NCBI GenBank assembly: GCA_016187745.1
Contig: JACPJC010000005.1
Location: 182,668 to 246,667, forward strand
DNA from: Candidatus Iainarchaeum sp.
GTDB lineage: Archaea > Iainarchaeota > Iainarchaeia > Iainarchaeales > JAXPJC01
Direction of reading: 5' to 3'
Length of the DNA stretch: 64,000 nt
Position 1 is the first letter of the stretch. Every line of letters begins with the position of its first letter. The notes beneath the pieces were generated by a model. That model did not search any database. It was not told where the DNA came from and saw only the letters and a list, made by a program, of their open reading frames with translations. Below are positions 1-9,378 of the stretch, piece after piece. The position numbers and the translations under genes are program-made.

Positions 1-1586
1 ATGTCAGTAACTGCAGGCTCGCCCCTTGTAAGCGTTCCTGTTTTGTCAAAAACAATTGTTGTCAATTTATGCGCGGTTTCAAGCGCCTCGGCGCTTTTAA
101 TAAGTATTCCGTGCTCCGCTGCTTTCCCGCTTCCCACCATTATTGCTGTGGGGGTTGCAAGCCCGAGGGCGCAGGGGCATGCAATTATGAGGACCGCAAT
201 GAATATTGCAAGCGCAAAAAGGAAGGAAAAGCCAAGCAGCATCCAGAGCGCAAATGCGGCAATTGCAATAGCAATAACCATTGGAACAAAATAGCCCGAA
301 ACAAGGTCCGCAAGCCTTTGTATTGGCGCCTTTGATGCCTGCGCCTCCTCAACAATTTTTATTATCTGCATCAGCATCGTGTCTTTTCCGATTTTTGTCG
401 CCCTGAATTTCAGCATTCCGGATTTGTTGAGAGTTGCGCCAATTACAACATCCCCTGCTTTCTTGTCAACAGGCATGCTTTCGCCTGTAATTACCTTTTC
501 ATCAACCGCAGAAAATCCTGAAACCACAACCCCGTCAACAGGGATTTTTTCCCCCGGCCTCACAATGACAATATCCCCCATCTTAACCTGCTCAATCGGA
601 ATTTCAACCTCCTTCCCGTTGCGCAAAATCCTTGCGGTTTTTGCCTGCAAGCCAATCAATTTTTTTATTGCCTCGGAGGTTTTGCCCTTAACAATCGCCT
701 CAAAAAGCCGACCCAGAATTATCAGGGTTATTATTATTGCGGCAGTGTCAAAATACAATTTAGCCTGCTCCGCAAAAATCTGCGGAACAAAAACAACAGC
801 GGCGCTGTAAATGTATGCAGCTGAAGTGCCAACCGCAATAAGCGTGTTCATGTCCGCTGTTAAATTGCGCAGCGCAATCCAAGCGCCCCTGTAAAACTGC
901 CAGCCCGCATAGAACTGCACAGGGGTTGCGAGAATCAGGAGAAGGGAAGGATTCTGCAGTATTGCAGGTGCAAACCCGAAAAATTCAGGGAAGGAGCCTA
1001 TGAAAATTGGAATGCTCAGGATTGCGCCGATTGCGAATTTTATCTTGAGATTTTTTATTTCCTCTGCCCTTGCCTTTTTCTCCCTGTCAATGAATTCCTC
1101 CTTCTCCTCAAATGCCTCATAGCCTGAATTTTTTATAACCCTTATTATTTTATTCACATCAATAATTGCATTGTTGAATGTTATTGCCGCCCTTTCATTC
1201 GGGAAGTCCACCTCATATTTTGCAATTCCCTCCACTTTTGAAAGCGCCCTGCTTACAATTCCTGCGCAGTGCGGGCTGTGCATGCCGATTACCTTGAATT
1301 TTGCGCTTGCAATGCCCTTTTTCGCTTCCCCCGCTTCCAGTTCCCTGTGGTTTTCAGTTGCCTCAATTACCCCGTAGCCTGTTTTCTTCACGGCCTTTAT
1401 CAATTCGGTTTCATTTGTTTTTTCAGGGTCAAATTCTATATTTGCATGCTCGTTCGCAAAATTCACATTCGCGCTTTTAACGCCCTTTGCGCGGGAGAGC
1501 GAGCGCTCAATGGTCAATGCGCAGCTTGCGCAGTGCATTCCGGTAACGCCTATTGAAATCTTCTTCAAATTTTCATTCTTTGCCAT
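1..1586 (-). CDS. copA: Copper-translocating P1B-type ATPase (3' part runs off the window start)
   Basis: Minus-strand read from ATG 1586: [22 protein letters not shown] (HMA1), [10 protein letters not shown] (HMA2), [14 protein letters not shown] (CPC), FDKTGTLT (phosphorylation motif). Missing from the ORF track because it has no stop in the window. Confidence 0.95.
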   Translation of the reverse strand, partial: MAKNENLKKISIGVTGMHCASCALTIERSLSRAKGVKSANVNFANEHANIEFDPEKTNETELIKAVKKTGYGVIEATENHRELEAGEAKKGIASAKFKVIGMHSPHCAGIVSRALSKVEGIAKYEVDFPNERAAITFNNAIIDVNKIIRVIKNSGYEAFEEKEEFIDREKKARAEEIKNLKIKFAIGAILSIPIFIGSFPEFFGFAPAILQNPSLLLILATPVQFYAGWQFYRGAWIALRNLTADMNTLIAVGTSAAYIYSAAVVFVPQIFAEQAKLYFDTAAIIITLIILGRLFEAIVKGKTSEAIKKLIGLQAKTARILRNGKEVEIPIEQVKMGDIVIVRPGEKIPVDGVVVSGFSAVDEKVITGESMPVDKKAGDVVIGATLNKSGMLKFRATKIGKDTMLMQIIKIVEEAQASKAPIQRLADLVSGYFVPMVIAIAIAAFALWMLLGFSFLFALAIFIAVLIIACPCALGLATPTAIMVGSGKAAEHGILIKSAEALETAHKLTTIVFDKTGTLTRGEPAVTD

Positions 1587-1602
1587 ATAATGCCCCTTAA
1601 AC

Positions 1603-1641
1603 TCATCCGCAGCATCCGTGTTTTTTCTTTTTTTCTCCCAT
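1603..1641 (-). CDS. Putative 12-aa Cys/His micropeptide [12 protein letters not shown]
   Basis: ATG 1641 to TGA 1603, with GGAGGT SD 7 nt upstream; fills the gap before copA. Confidence 0.45.
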   Translation of the reverse strand: MGEKKKKHGCCG

Positions 1642-1655
1642 AAAACCAACCTCCG

Positions 1656-1841
1656 TTATTTTATGCTCACTCCGCATTTCCTGTCCGAGTATGCGCAAAT
1701 AACGCAGCAGGAGCCCTTCGGCGCCTTTATGAGCTTGCCGCATTCACTGCAAATATGGAATGCAAGGCATTTTTCCTTAGGCACTTCAATGCCCTGCACT
1801 TCCCCGCAATAGGGGCATTTTAGGTTTGCAATTTCCGCCAT
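1656..1841 (-). CDS. GDCCVxC-domain small metal-binding protein
   Basis: CPYC...CSEC...PKGSCCVICAYSDRKC pattern. Confidence 0.75.
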   Translation of the reverse strand: MAEIANLKCPYCGEVQGIEVPKEKCLAFHICSECGKLIKAPKGSCCVICAYSDRKCGVSIK

Positions 1842-2120
1842 TTACTTCTCCCTGCAGCATACGTACTTGCAAACTGCAGCAAATACTATGCCTATTACCG
1901 CTCCGGCAACTGCACTAGCAATAAGCCCTTTAACAAACGTTACAGGACCTATGGAAATCACTGACGCAGGCAGCAACTGTATACCGTGGAACCAAACCCT
2001 TGCAAGTCCAAGAGCTTGTTCCGGCACAAATGCAAATGCAGCCACGCATATTATATAGAGTATTGCAACTATTGCACCGCCAGCTATTGCCGCATTCTTT
2101 ATGTTGTAGATGCCTTTCAT
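1842..2120 (-). CDS. Small 2-TM membrane protein (DUF5676-like, typical of copper loci)
   Basis: YIIC in TM1, WFHG loop, second TM, CC tail. Confidence 0.6.
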   Translation of the reverse strand: MKGIYNIKNAAIAGGAIVAILYIICVAAFAFVPEQALGLARVWFHGIQLLPASVISIGPVTFVKGLIASAVAGAVIGIVFAAVCKYVCCREK

Positions 2121-2135
2121 TTATGCACCTCCCTT

Positions 2136-2588
2136 TTATTTAGCATTTTTTTCCTTTTTAATGTTTCTGATAGATGAAAATGAGAAATAAATTGCAATGA
2201 GCATGAGCGCAATGCTTATTATGCGCAATTCAAGCCTGTAGGGCGCAAAGATTGCAAAGCTCCCGGAAATTCCCAGCAATGAGAATATGAGGAGGTTGCA
2301 GAAGGGGCATGTGATTGCAAGGAATGCAGAAGCGCTTCCGCAGATTGCTGCAGCGCCGGATTTTTTATGCGCTTTTTTAATTTCATTATTGTATATTAGC
2401 AATGAAACAATAATTCCAAACAGCAAGGAAAATATAAATAGAAACGCATAATCCCAGATTGTTTTTTCAATCATCCCGCCAACCCTGAAAAAGGGATTTT
2501 CAATCAGCCCTGTGAAAATTCCGAAGAGAAGATAAATGCCGATTGCGGAAACAGCAAATATCCCAAAATATTTTATTTTTGCATCCAT
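2136..2588 (-). CDS. Membrane protein with intramembrane CPFC
   Basis: About 4 hydrophobic segments; paralog of 13510-14019 (CPMC). Confidence 0.65.
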   Translation of the reverse strand: MDAKIKYFGIFAVSAIGIYLLFGIFTGLIENPFFRVGGMIEKTIWDYAFLFIFSLLFGIIVSLLIYNNEIKKAHKKSGAAAICGSASAFLAITCPFCNLLIFSLLGISGSFAIFAPYRLELRIISIALMLIAIYFSFSSIRNIKKEKNAK

Positions 2589-2596
2589 TTTTTCCC

Positions 2597-2935
2597 TTAG
2601 CAGCAGTGCAATTCCTTCGGCTTTTCCCCTTCCTTCCCGAAGGGATTGCCGTATTTCCTTATGTTCCCGATCATCCTTTTGTTTGCATCGGTTTCCTTCC
2701 CATCTGCAATAAGCTTTTCCCTTTCGCCTTCAAAATCAAGGTCCAGGTTTGCAGGGCACAATTGCTTGCATGCCCTGCACAGGGTGCAAACAAAGAACAT
2801 CCCGCTTGAAATTTTATTTTTCATCAATTTTGCCTTTCCGCGCGCGCTTACGCTCTCATCAAGCAGCGCCCTATATACAGGGCAGTTTGCCTTGCACAAT
2901 CCACACTCGCTGCACTTTTCATGATCTGCATTCAT
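2597..2935 (-). CDS. 4Fe-4S dicluster protein (GlcF/HdrC-like N-terminal half)
   Basis: CSECGLCKANCP and CTLCRACKQLCP; ARGK motif; GNPFG. Confidence 0.85.
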   Translation of the reverse strand: MNADHEKCSECGLCKANCPVYRALLDESVSARGKAKLMKNKISSGMFFVCTLCRACKQLCPANLDLDFEGEREKLIADGKETDANKRMIGNIRKYGNPFGKEGEKPKELHCC

Positions 2936-4107
2936 ATTATTTTCCCCCTGTTGAATATTCCCTCGGGGTCGAATTTTTCCTTGAGCCTTCTGATTTTATT
3001 TTTTATTTTGGCATCAGCAAATTCCCTCTTTGTTGTGCCAATCCCGTGCTCCCCGCTCACATTCCCATTAAGCGCACCGACCTTTGAATAAAGTGCATTC
3101 AGCATGCTTTTCTGCCCTGGCTTCAGCAGCACATGGAATGTGCCGTCAGCAATATGCGCAAAAAAAGGCAATCCGCTTGCATTTATGAACTCTGCAAATT
3201 CAGCTATTTTTTCTTTTCCTACTTGCGGGTCCTCAATTACCGAAAAGCCAGCGCTTGCGAGCTTGGGCCAAAGCCCAATGCGCAGAGCTTTTGCTTTTTT
3301 CATTTCCCCGCTTTTCAATGCCCCGCTTTCATTATCATATTCCGCAAGCAGATGGTAGCATGAATCAAGCCCCATTATTTTTGCAGCAATCGGATTGATG
3401 GCTTCCAATGAAAGAACACCCGCATTTTTTTTCAGCGCATCAGCCCGCTCAAGCATTTTATGCAAACTATCAAACTTCTCGAGATCAGCAGATTTCTCTA
3501 TTACGGCCTCATGCAGCCTTAGCTTTGCCCAAACAATTATCCCAAGCGTTCCTTCGCTTCCGCATATTTCTTCTGCACTTGCATTCCTCAATTTTCCGGC
3601 GCCATCAATAATTTCAGCATTCATGAGCCAGTTCTCCATTCTCCCAAAGCGCATTGCGCGCAGGCCAGAAGCGTTTGTAGCAATCATGCCCGCAATGCTG
3701 CATACGCTCTGCGAGGCAGGCTCCACAGGCAGGCATAAATTGCATTTCTGCAGCGCAAGGTTCAGCTGCGCGGCAGCAATTCCCGGCTCAACAATTGCAT
3801 ATTTCTCCCTTTCATTTACTTCAATTATCTTATTCATCCTGCTCATGTCAGCAACAATTGAGTTTCTGGGCACAGCCGCGCCAGCAAGCCCTGTTCCCGC
3901 GCCTCTTGCAACAACATCAATTTTATGCTTCAATGCAAATTTCACAATCTTCTGCACATCCTCTCTGCTCTCCGGCCAGACCACGGCAAGCGCGGTTCCC
4001 CTTACCTGCGATGCATCGCTGTCGTATGCAACAAGCCTGTCATTTTCATCGGAACATTTTCCCGCAAAGTTTTTGCTCAGCTCTTTTTGCAATTCCATCA
4101 TATCCAA
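2932..4107 (-). CDS. FAD-binding oxidoreductase, GlcD/D-lactate dehydrogenase family
   Basis: RGAGTGLAG, GSEGTLGII, SGEHGIG, FDPEGIFNRGK motifs. Confidence 0.9.
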   Translation of the reverse strand: MDMMELQKELSKNFAGKCSDENDRLVAYDSDASQVRGTALAVVWPESREDVQKIVKFALKHKIDVVARGAGTGLAGAAVPRNSIVADMSRMNKIIEVNEREKYAIVEPGIAAAQLNLALQKCNLCLPVEPASQSVCSIAGMIATNASGLRAMRFGRMENWLMNAEIIDGAGKLRNASAEEICGSEGTLGIIVWAKLRLHEAVIEKSADLEKFDSLHKMLERADALKKNAGVLSLEAINPIAAKIMGLDSCYHLLAEYDNESGALKSGEMKKAKALRIGLWPKLASAGFSVIEDPQVGKEKIAEFAEFINASGLPFFAHIADGTFHVLLKPGQKSMLNALYSKVGALNGNVSGEHGIGTTKREFADAKIKNKIRRLKEKFDPEGIFNRGKII

Positions 4108-4310
4108 ACTCCAAAATTGTATGCAAGTACTGCAAGTAACACATGCACAATAATAGATATGATTGCAGCATACACGAAAAGCCTATGGCTTTTTGCAAAC
4201 AAACCCCTTATTGCAAAACATGTGCAACCTAAAAATGCAAAAGCAATAAGAAATCCTGCAAGCATGCCACTCCAGTATATTATTGTCTGCCCCATAAACA
4301 TTACAACCAT
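4098..4310 (-). CDS. Small 2-TM protein with H-x13-H (possible heme-b ligands)
   Basis: HRLFVYAAIISIIVH; paralog of 12938-13177. Confidence 0.6.
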   Translation of the reverse strand: MVVMFMGQTIIYWSGMLAGFLIAFAFLGCTCFAIRGLFAKSHRLFVYAAIISIIVHVLLAVLAYNFGVWI

Positions 4311-4311
4311 C

Positions 4312-4554
4312 CTATTCACCCTCTATGTGAGTTATGCAATGTTCTTTCAGGAGTTTATCCTCAATTTTTTTGCAAATAGCGCTATCGTCATTAGCGTGTG
4401 CAAGCGAATGGTAACAAGAATCCCTCTCCTGAACGCTTTTGATATCTTTGCAATCCCCCGCTTTATTAACATTTACACAGCCGCTCAACAGGATTGCAAA
4501 AATAATTGTAATAAATGCCAGAACAGGAATCTGTGATTTTATTGCGGGTTTCAT
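4312..4554 (-). CDS. Small Cys-rich lipoprotein
   Basis: LLSGC lipobox followed by 4 Cys. Confidence 0.6.
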   Translation of the reverse strand: MKPAIKSQIPVLAFITIIFAILLSGCVNVNKAGDCKDIKSVQERDSCYHSLAHANDDSAICKKIEDKLLKEHCITHIEGE

Positions 4555-4558
4555 ATGC

Positions 4559-5260
4559 TTATTTCAACTCCTTCGCTAAAACCTCGCTGAATTCAAGCAC
4601 TTCCATCCCATTTCGCGCATTTTCCCTGAAATGCATGTAACATAATGGGCATGTGCTAACAAGCTTTTCTGCTGCGCAGCCCTGCAGGCAGATTTTTGCT
4701 GCCATATTTGCGATTTCAGGATGGTTTGCCTTCATTCCCGCTCCCGCGCCGCAGCACAGTGAGTTTTCCCTGCTGCTTGCAAGCTCAACAACCTCATAGC
4801 CAAGGCGCTTCAAAATGCTGCGCGGCTCCTCATAAATGCTGCTGTGCCGCCCAAGATGACAGGGGTCATGGTAAGCAATATGCCCCTTTCCGCTTCCTTG
4901 TTCCAATTTATTAATTCTTGCATAAAGCGTTTGCGCAATGTGCTCCGCATTGAATCCGGAATTTTTAAGCGTTAAAAAGCACGCAGGGCAGTTTGTTATT
5001 ATTTTTTTTATGCCGTATTTCCTGAACAGTTCTGCATTCTTATTTTTCAGATTTTCAAAATCCCCCTTATAGCCCGCGTGCTTCACAGGGCTTCCGCAGC
5101 AGTTGAATTCCGGCAATACAATCGCGTCAATGCCCATGCGCTTCAGGATTCTGATGTAGTTTTCCTCTATTTCCGGAAGCGCAAAATGCGTCAGGCACCC
5201 GGGATAGTAAAGGACATTGCCCCCGGATATCCTGTCAAACAGCTTTCCAAGCATTTTCAT
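4559..5260 (-). CDS. CCG-domain Fe-S protein (GlcF/HdrB-like C-terminal half)
   Basis: YYPGC, CCGSP, CPAC, YHDPCHLGR, CCGAG, CPLC; ATGA coupling with the upstream gene. Confidence 0.9.
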   Translation of the reverse strand: MKMLGKLFDRISGGNVLYYPGCLTHFALPEIEENYIRILKRMGIDAIVLPEFNCCGSPVKHAGYKGDFENLKNKNAELFRKYGIKKIITNCPACFLTLKNSGFNAEHIAQTLYARINKLEQGSGKGHIAYHDPCHLGRHSSIYEEPRSILKRLGYEVVELASSRENSLCCGAGAGMKANHPEIANMAAKICLQGCAAEKLVSTCPLCYMHFRENARNGMEVLEFSEVLAKELK

Positions 5261-5484
5261 CTCCCTGAACCCAGGCACTGCGCATATCTGTCAGGATGGT
5301 GGCCCATGTGCTCTTCCCACTGCTCCTGCGTATAACCCGCAGGCGCCTTGCATATATCTTCAGGATTTTCCGCACTCACTGCTTTTTGGTAATTCTGCTG
5401 GCTGATTATGGCCCATGCGCCGAATGCCAGCGCTATCAGCAGTGCTGCAAGCACAGCAATGAGAAAAATCTTTCCATAATCCAT
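5257..5484 (-). CDS. Small membrane-anchored His/Met/Cys protein
   Basis: N-terminal TM; C...WEEHMGHHPDRYAQC. Confidence 0.65.
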   Translation of the reverse strand: MDYGKIFLIAVLAALLIALAFGAWAIISQQNYQKAVSAENPEDICKAPAGYTQEQWEEHMGHHPDRYAQCLGSGR

Positions 5485-5493
5485 TTCATCCCC

Positions 5494-5685
5494 CTAATGG
5501 CATTTTTCTTTCTTTTCTTTGCTGTTTTTGCCGTGCATATCCCGCATCATAAAAAGATGCATTATCGGGCATAGCAATATAACCGCAAACCACAGATAAC
5601 TCTGGTTAAATCCAAATACAAAAAGCGCAGCAATTATTGCAATTGGGACCAGGCAGCAAAGCAGCATAAGTATTTTATGATTCAT
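5494..5685 (-). CDS. DUF2933-like small membrane protein
   Basis: MLLCCLVP...LLCPIMHLFMM pattern. Confidence 0.7.
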   Translation of the reverse strand: MNHKILMLLCCLVPIAIIAALFVFGFNQSYLWFAVILLCPIMHLFMMRDMHGKNSKEKKEKCH

Positions 5686-5687
5686 AT

Positions 5688-6305
5688 TCAGCACTTCCCC
5701 ATCTGGTTCGGCAATTCATCAAGCACGCTTTTGTCAATTTCCCCTGAAGCAATCTTCTCCTTCAGCGCCTTCTCCATGAAATAGCGCGGGAAGAAATAAT
5801 GCTGCCATTCAAGCGCCTTTTCCCTGATGGCATTCGCATCTGTAATCCCGTAATTTTTTATCATGAGCTTTGCAATTCCTTTAAGTGCGGCATCATGGCC
5901 GCAGTCGCATTTGTACACTATCGCGCCGCAGCACGGGCTCACGATGTTGAGCGCATCCTCAAGTATTTTTTGCCCATCCGCATCCAGATTTATGTTATAG
6001 CGGTATTTCACAAGCGCATTGAAAGTGTTGATATCAAACTTCAGCCCGAAATTCGCATCGCTCCCTTCGGCGGGAATTATTTCGGACTTTAATTTTATGA
6101 TGTACTGCGCAGCAGGGCTGTTTGAATCCTTTGCTTTTGCAGCGTTCGCGTCGGCATTTGCATTTCCGTCAATTTTTGCATTTGAATCAGCCAGTGCCGC
6201 ATTCCCTGTTTTTGAGCCGCCATTTGAATCATCTGAATTCACGCAGCCGCTTATGAGCAGCAAGGCAATCAGGGCAAATGCGGCCAGAATTATTCCAAAT
6301 TTCAT
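5688..6305 (-). CDS. Lipoprotein with PCCG..CDCGH motif, ending in QMGKC
   Basis: ISGC lipobox; paralog of 9379-10062. Confidence 0.7.
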   Translation of the reverse strand: MKFGIILAAFALIALLLISGCVNSDDSNGGSKTGNAALADSNAKIDGNANADANAAKAKDSNSPAAQYIIKLKSEIIPAEGSDANFGLKFDINTFNALVKYRYNINLDADGQKILEDALNIVSPCCGAIVYKCDCGHDAALKGIAKLMIKNYGITDANAIREKALEWQHYFFPRYFMEKALKEKIASGEIDKSVLDELPNQMGKC

Positions 6306-6314
6306 ATTTATCTC

Positions 6315-7496
6315 CTAATATACCAACATCAGGAGCACTGCTCCCAAAATTATCATTGAAAGCCCGGCAATCAGCTTTATGTAATTCTTCTCATGCTGCT
6401 CCCATGTTTCTATCCTCTCGACAACCTTCCTGCTGCTTGCAATCAGCAAAATGAAAATCAATGGGAGAATGAAAAGCAAATTATAAATAAACAGGTAGAA
6501 AAGCCCTTCCATGTAAGTCGCGCGCGTTACCAGCAATCCGAGGATTGAAATGTAAATTCCAGCGGTGCATCCAAAGCTGCAAATTCCTACAAGCGCGCCC
6601 AATACGAATGCAGATGGCACGCTTGCCTTGTGTATCAGATCCTTGATTGTCTGCAGGCTTGCCTTCGGAAGCCCGAGATTTATGAGGGAACCTTTCCTGA
6701 AGAAATCCACTATGTTCAGCAGCCCCAATCCTATTACAAATATGCCTGCAATTTTCGCGAAGAAGTGCGGCTCTGCGGAAACAACAAATGCCTGCAGCAA
6801 TCCCAGCCCTATGAGCAAGTAAGCAAGGAATATTCCAAGTATGTATGCGCCCCCGACTTTGAATATTCCGATTCTCGTGCGCCTTATTGTGAAAAGGAAC
6901 GCAATGAAAAACAATAGCACGGCAATAGTGCAGGGATGCAATCCCGCAAGCAGGCCTGTTGTCAATACAACATAGGGAAGGGATGCCTGCAAACTATCGA
7001 TTATTTTTCCGGATTTTGCGCATTCGGCAATCTGGGCTGAAATTCCGCATTCCCTTATTTTTCCGTCTTCACCCAAAACCCTGTATGATGTTATTGTTGT
7101 CGGGTCCATGGAATCCTGAAACAGGATTATTGAGGGAAAATCAAAATCCGGGTATTTTTGGAAATAGCCCTCAAGAAGCGCAACAGGAATGTGCCCCTCA
7201 AGCATCAGCCTGTCATCAATTGAAACCGTCATGTGCCCCTGCATGCTCGGGGGAATGGCAAGCCTCTTGTTGAGCGCATCCAACTCGGCGCGCATCGCAG
7301 GGTCATTTATTACGTATTTTATTTCCGCATCAATTCCCTTTGAAGAGAGGAATTCCTTAAGCTCATTGGCATAAACCCCGCAGTGCCCGCACGCCTCATT
7401 GAGGTACATTACCGCGGAATGCTGCTGGGCTGATGCAAATGCCGGAATCAGCAGCAAAACAGCAGAAACTAAAAGCAGAAAAATTCCAGGTCTCAT
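6315..7496 (-). CDS. Thioredoxin-like (CGHC) domain fused to a CcdA/DsbD-type transmembrane domain
   Basis: Signal peptide, ACGHC, then 6 TM with GLHPC and ICSFGCT. Confidence 0.8.
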   Translation of the reverse strand: MRPGIFLLLVSAVLLLIPAFASAQQHSAVMYLNEACGHCGVYANELKEFLSSKGIDAEIKYVINDPAMRAELDALNKRLAIPPSMQGHMTVSIDDRLMLEGHIPVALLEGYFQKYPDFDFPSIILFQDSMDPTTITSYRVLGEDGKIRECGISAQIAECAKSGKIIDSLQASLPYVVLTTGLLAGLHPCTIAVLLFFIAFLFTIRRTRIGIFKVGGAYILGIFLAYLLIGLGLLQAFVVSAEPHFFAKIAGIFVIGLGLLNIVDFFRKGSLINLGLPKASLQTIKDLIHKASVPSAFVLGALVGICSFGCTAGIYISILGLLVTRATYMEGLFYLFIYNLLFILPLIFILLIASSRKVVERIETWEQHEKNYIKLIAGLSMIILGAVLLMLVY

Positions 7497-7512
7497 GCTC
7501 TCCCCCTAAAAA

Positions 7513-8673
7513 TCAATCAAGCGTCCTGAACTTGACGCCCATAACATTCAGGTCCCTGAAAACATATGTTCCATCGGCCTCGATGCTGCCGACATCCGCC
7601 CATACTTCCGTAAGGGTCTTGTATTCCTTCGCATTGCCGGAGAGTGTTATTGTAGGAACCTGCTTTATTGAATATTTCTGCACAAGCGCATTCCCGTCCG
7701 CGCTTGAAATGTCATAAACTGTTTCAGAGCCAATGCCGACCCCGAACCTCGCAAGAATCGCATCATGGGCATTCACATCATAGCAGTCCGCGCAGCCTGC
7801 ATCAGTAAGCTTTATCACATCCACAAGGCCTTTTACCGCATTGGAATTTATATCAAAATAGGGAACCGCATAATCCGCAATGTAATTCCCGTTGTATGCG
7901 AGCCTGCCGACATTGGCCCACTGCCTTGTTATTTCAGGATAGGCATTCAGATCCTTGCTGACAATCGCAACAGGCAGCCTGTCAATTCCGTATTCATCAA
8001 TCAGCAGGGAGCCCATGGGCGTTTCAAGGGCAACGCCATTTGATGTTTCGCTGATGTTCCCATCGGACAAATAATTCCTGTCAATTTCCACAACATTCCC
8101 TATTCCAACTTTCAGCTGCTCAAGCTCATCCACAATGCCTGAAATGCCCGCGCATTTCCCGCACGCGCTGCTCTTTATGAGAGTTACATAAACAAGCCCT
8201 ATTACCGAATTGGTTTTCACATCCAGGTAAGGCGGCTTCACATCGCGCAGCACAAGGGTGTTTGCATCAAATTCCGCACCGCTCCCAAGCGCCGAAGAAA
8301 CCCCCGCCTTTTCAATTTCCCCATAAACAACCAGCGCGGGCAGCTTCTCTATTGAATATTTTTCTATTAGAGCATCCGCCTCAGCGCTTTCCGATTCAAG
8401 GGTTTTTTCAGTTACTTCCGCCCCGCCTGCCTTAAGGGCCGCTATAAGCGCATCAGTGCTGAAGCATTTATCGCATTCAGCAACTTTTATGAGGGTTATT
8501 GAGAGCTTTGCAGGCTCAGGGGTTTTTGCATCCCCCGAAGAGGAGGAAAGCCCTGAATTTATGCTGAAAATCAGAAAGAAATTTATGAATGCAGAGCCAA
8601 GAAGAAGCGTGAAAAGCATTGCATATGCATACTTCATTCCCGCACTTGCCTTTCTGCCTGCCTCTTCTGCCAT
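7513..8673 (-). CDS. Membrane-anchored protein with three thioredoxin-like CxxC repeats
   Basis: CDKC, CGKC and CADC, each followed by Y(S/G)I..(L/V)P; N-terminal TM. Confidence 0.75.
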   Translation of the reverse strand: MAEEAGRKASAGMKYAYAMLFTLLLGSAFINFFLIFSINSGLSSSSGDAKTPEPAKLSITLIKVAECDKCFSTDALIAALKAGGAEVTEKTLESESAEADALIEKYSIEKLPALVVYGEIEKAGVSSALGSGAEFDANTLVLRDVKPPYLDVKTNSVIGLVYVTLIKSSACGKCAGISGIVDELEQLKVGIGNVVEIDRNYLSDGNISETSNGVALETPMGSLLIDEYGIDRLPVAIVSKDLNAYPEITRQWANVGRLAYNGNYIADYAVPYFDINSNAVKGLVDVIKLTDAGCADCYDVNAHDAILARFGVGIGSETVYDISSADGNALVQKYSIKQVPTITLSGNAKEYKTLTEVWADVGSIEADGTYVFRDLNVMGVKFRTLD

Positions 8674-8690
8674 GTTTTTTTCCCTAAAAG

Positions 8691-8933
8691 TCAGCAGCCG
8701 CCGACCATCGCGCTTCCTGAAGAGCTTGAGCCCGTGCTTCCGGAGCTGCTTGAGCTTCCGTGCATTCTCTCATTCATTTCCTCAATGGTTTCCCCGCCTG
8801 AACCTGAAGAGAGGCTTGCGGTTCCTGTTCCACTTGCTATCCTGTTGCTTACTCCTACCAATTGAATTGTCTGGAACAGCGAAACAAGAATTAATGCTGC
8901 CAGTACAACAGCAATTATGACATCCTTATCCAT
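8691..8933 (-). CDS. Membrane-anchored Ser/Gly-rich peptide ending in MVGGC (copy 3)
   Basis: MDK + TM + S/G linker + SAMVGGC*. Confidence 0.75.
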   Translation of the reverse strand: MDKDVIIAVVLAALILVSLFQTIQLVGVSNRIASGTGTASLSSGSGGETIEEMNERMHGSSSSSGSTGSSSSGSAMVGGC

Positions 8934-8934
8934 T

Positions 8935-9162
8935 TTAACAGCCCCCTACCATTGCGCTGCCGCCTGAGCTTGCAGAACTGCCTGTTGAGCTTCCTGAAGT
9001 GCTTCCGCTTCCAAGATTCTGCCCCGAGGTGCTTGTTGAAGTGCTTGCGCTCAATGCGCCTGTGGCAATCTTATTGCCTATGCCTACCAATTGGAATGTC
9101 TGGAACAATGAAACCAGCACAAGGACCGCCATAACAATTGCAATTATCACTTCCTTGTCCAT
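8935..9162 (-). CDS. Membrane-anchored Ser/Gly-rich peptide ending in MVGGC (copy 2)
   Basis: Start reassigned to ATG 9162 (MDKEVII), 1 nt after the upstream stop; ends SAMVGGC*. Confidence 0.75.
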   Translation of the reverse strand: MDKEVIIAIVMAVLVLVSLFQTFQLVGIGNKIATGALSASTSTSTSGQNLGSGSTSGSSTGSSASSGGSAMVGGC

Positions 9163-9163
9163 T

Positions 9164-9367
9164 CTAACAGCCTCCGACCATTCCGCTGCCTGTTGGTGCC
9201 GAAGTGCCCGAGCTTCCGCTTGAGCCTGCGGAGTAATTCGGTGTGCTTGTGGAGCTATAGCCTGTTGTTCCCGCATTATTGCTCCCTATAGGCAAAAGGA
9301 CAAAAGCGCCTATTGCCCCAATTATCAGTATGCCCACAATTATTGCCGCGATTATGAATTTATCCAT
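9164..9367 (-). CDS. Membrane-anchored Ser/Gly-rich peptide ending in MVGGC (copy 1)
   Basis: MDKFII + TM + S/G/T linker + SGMVGGC*. Confidence 0.75.
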   Translation of the reverse strand: MDKFIIAAIIVGILIIGAIGAFVLLPIGSNNAGTTGYSSTSTPNYSAGSSGSSGTSAPTGSGMVGGC

Positions 9368-9378
9368 TTTTTTACCCC

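Noticed and set aside
1597-1841. Selenocysteine read-through in the GDCCVxC gene or the micropeptide TGA
   Set aside because: The GDCCVxC ORF has Cys codons and a TAA stop; read-through of the micropeptide TGA adds only two residues, and no SECIS was recognisable.
8935-9276. 113-aa ORF-track version of the middle MVGGC gene
   Set aside because: The extension overlaps the upstream peptide gene in another frame; the paralogous MDK start at 9162 is the credible one.
8691-9367. MVGGC peptides as RiPP precursors or ubiquitin-like SAMPs
   Set aside because: No maturase or E1 is adjacent, there is no beta-grasp domain, and GG is followed by a terminal Cys; a TM-tethered arm fits better.
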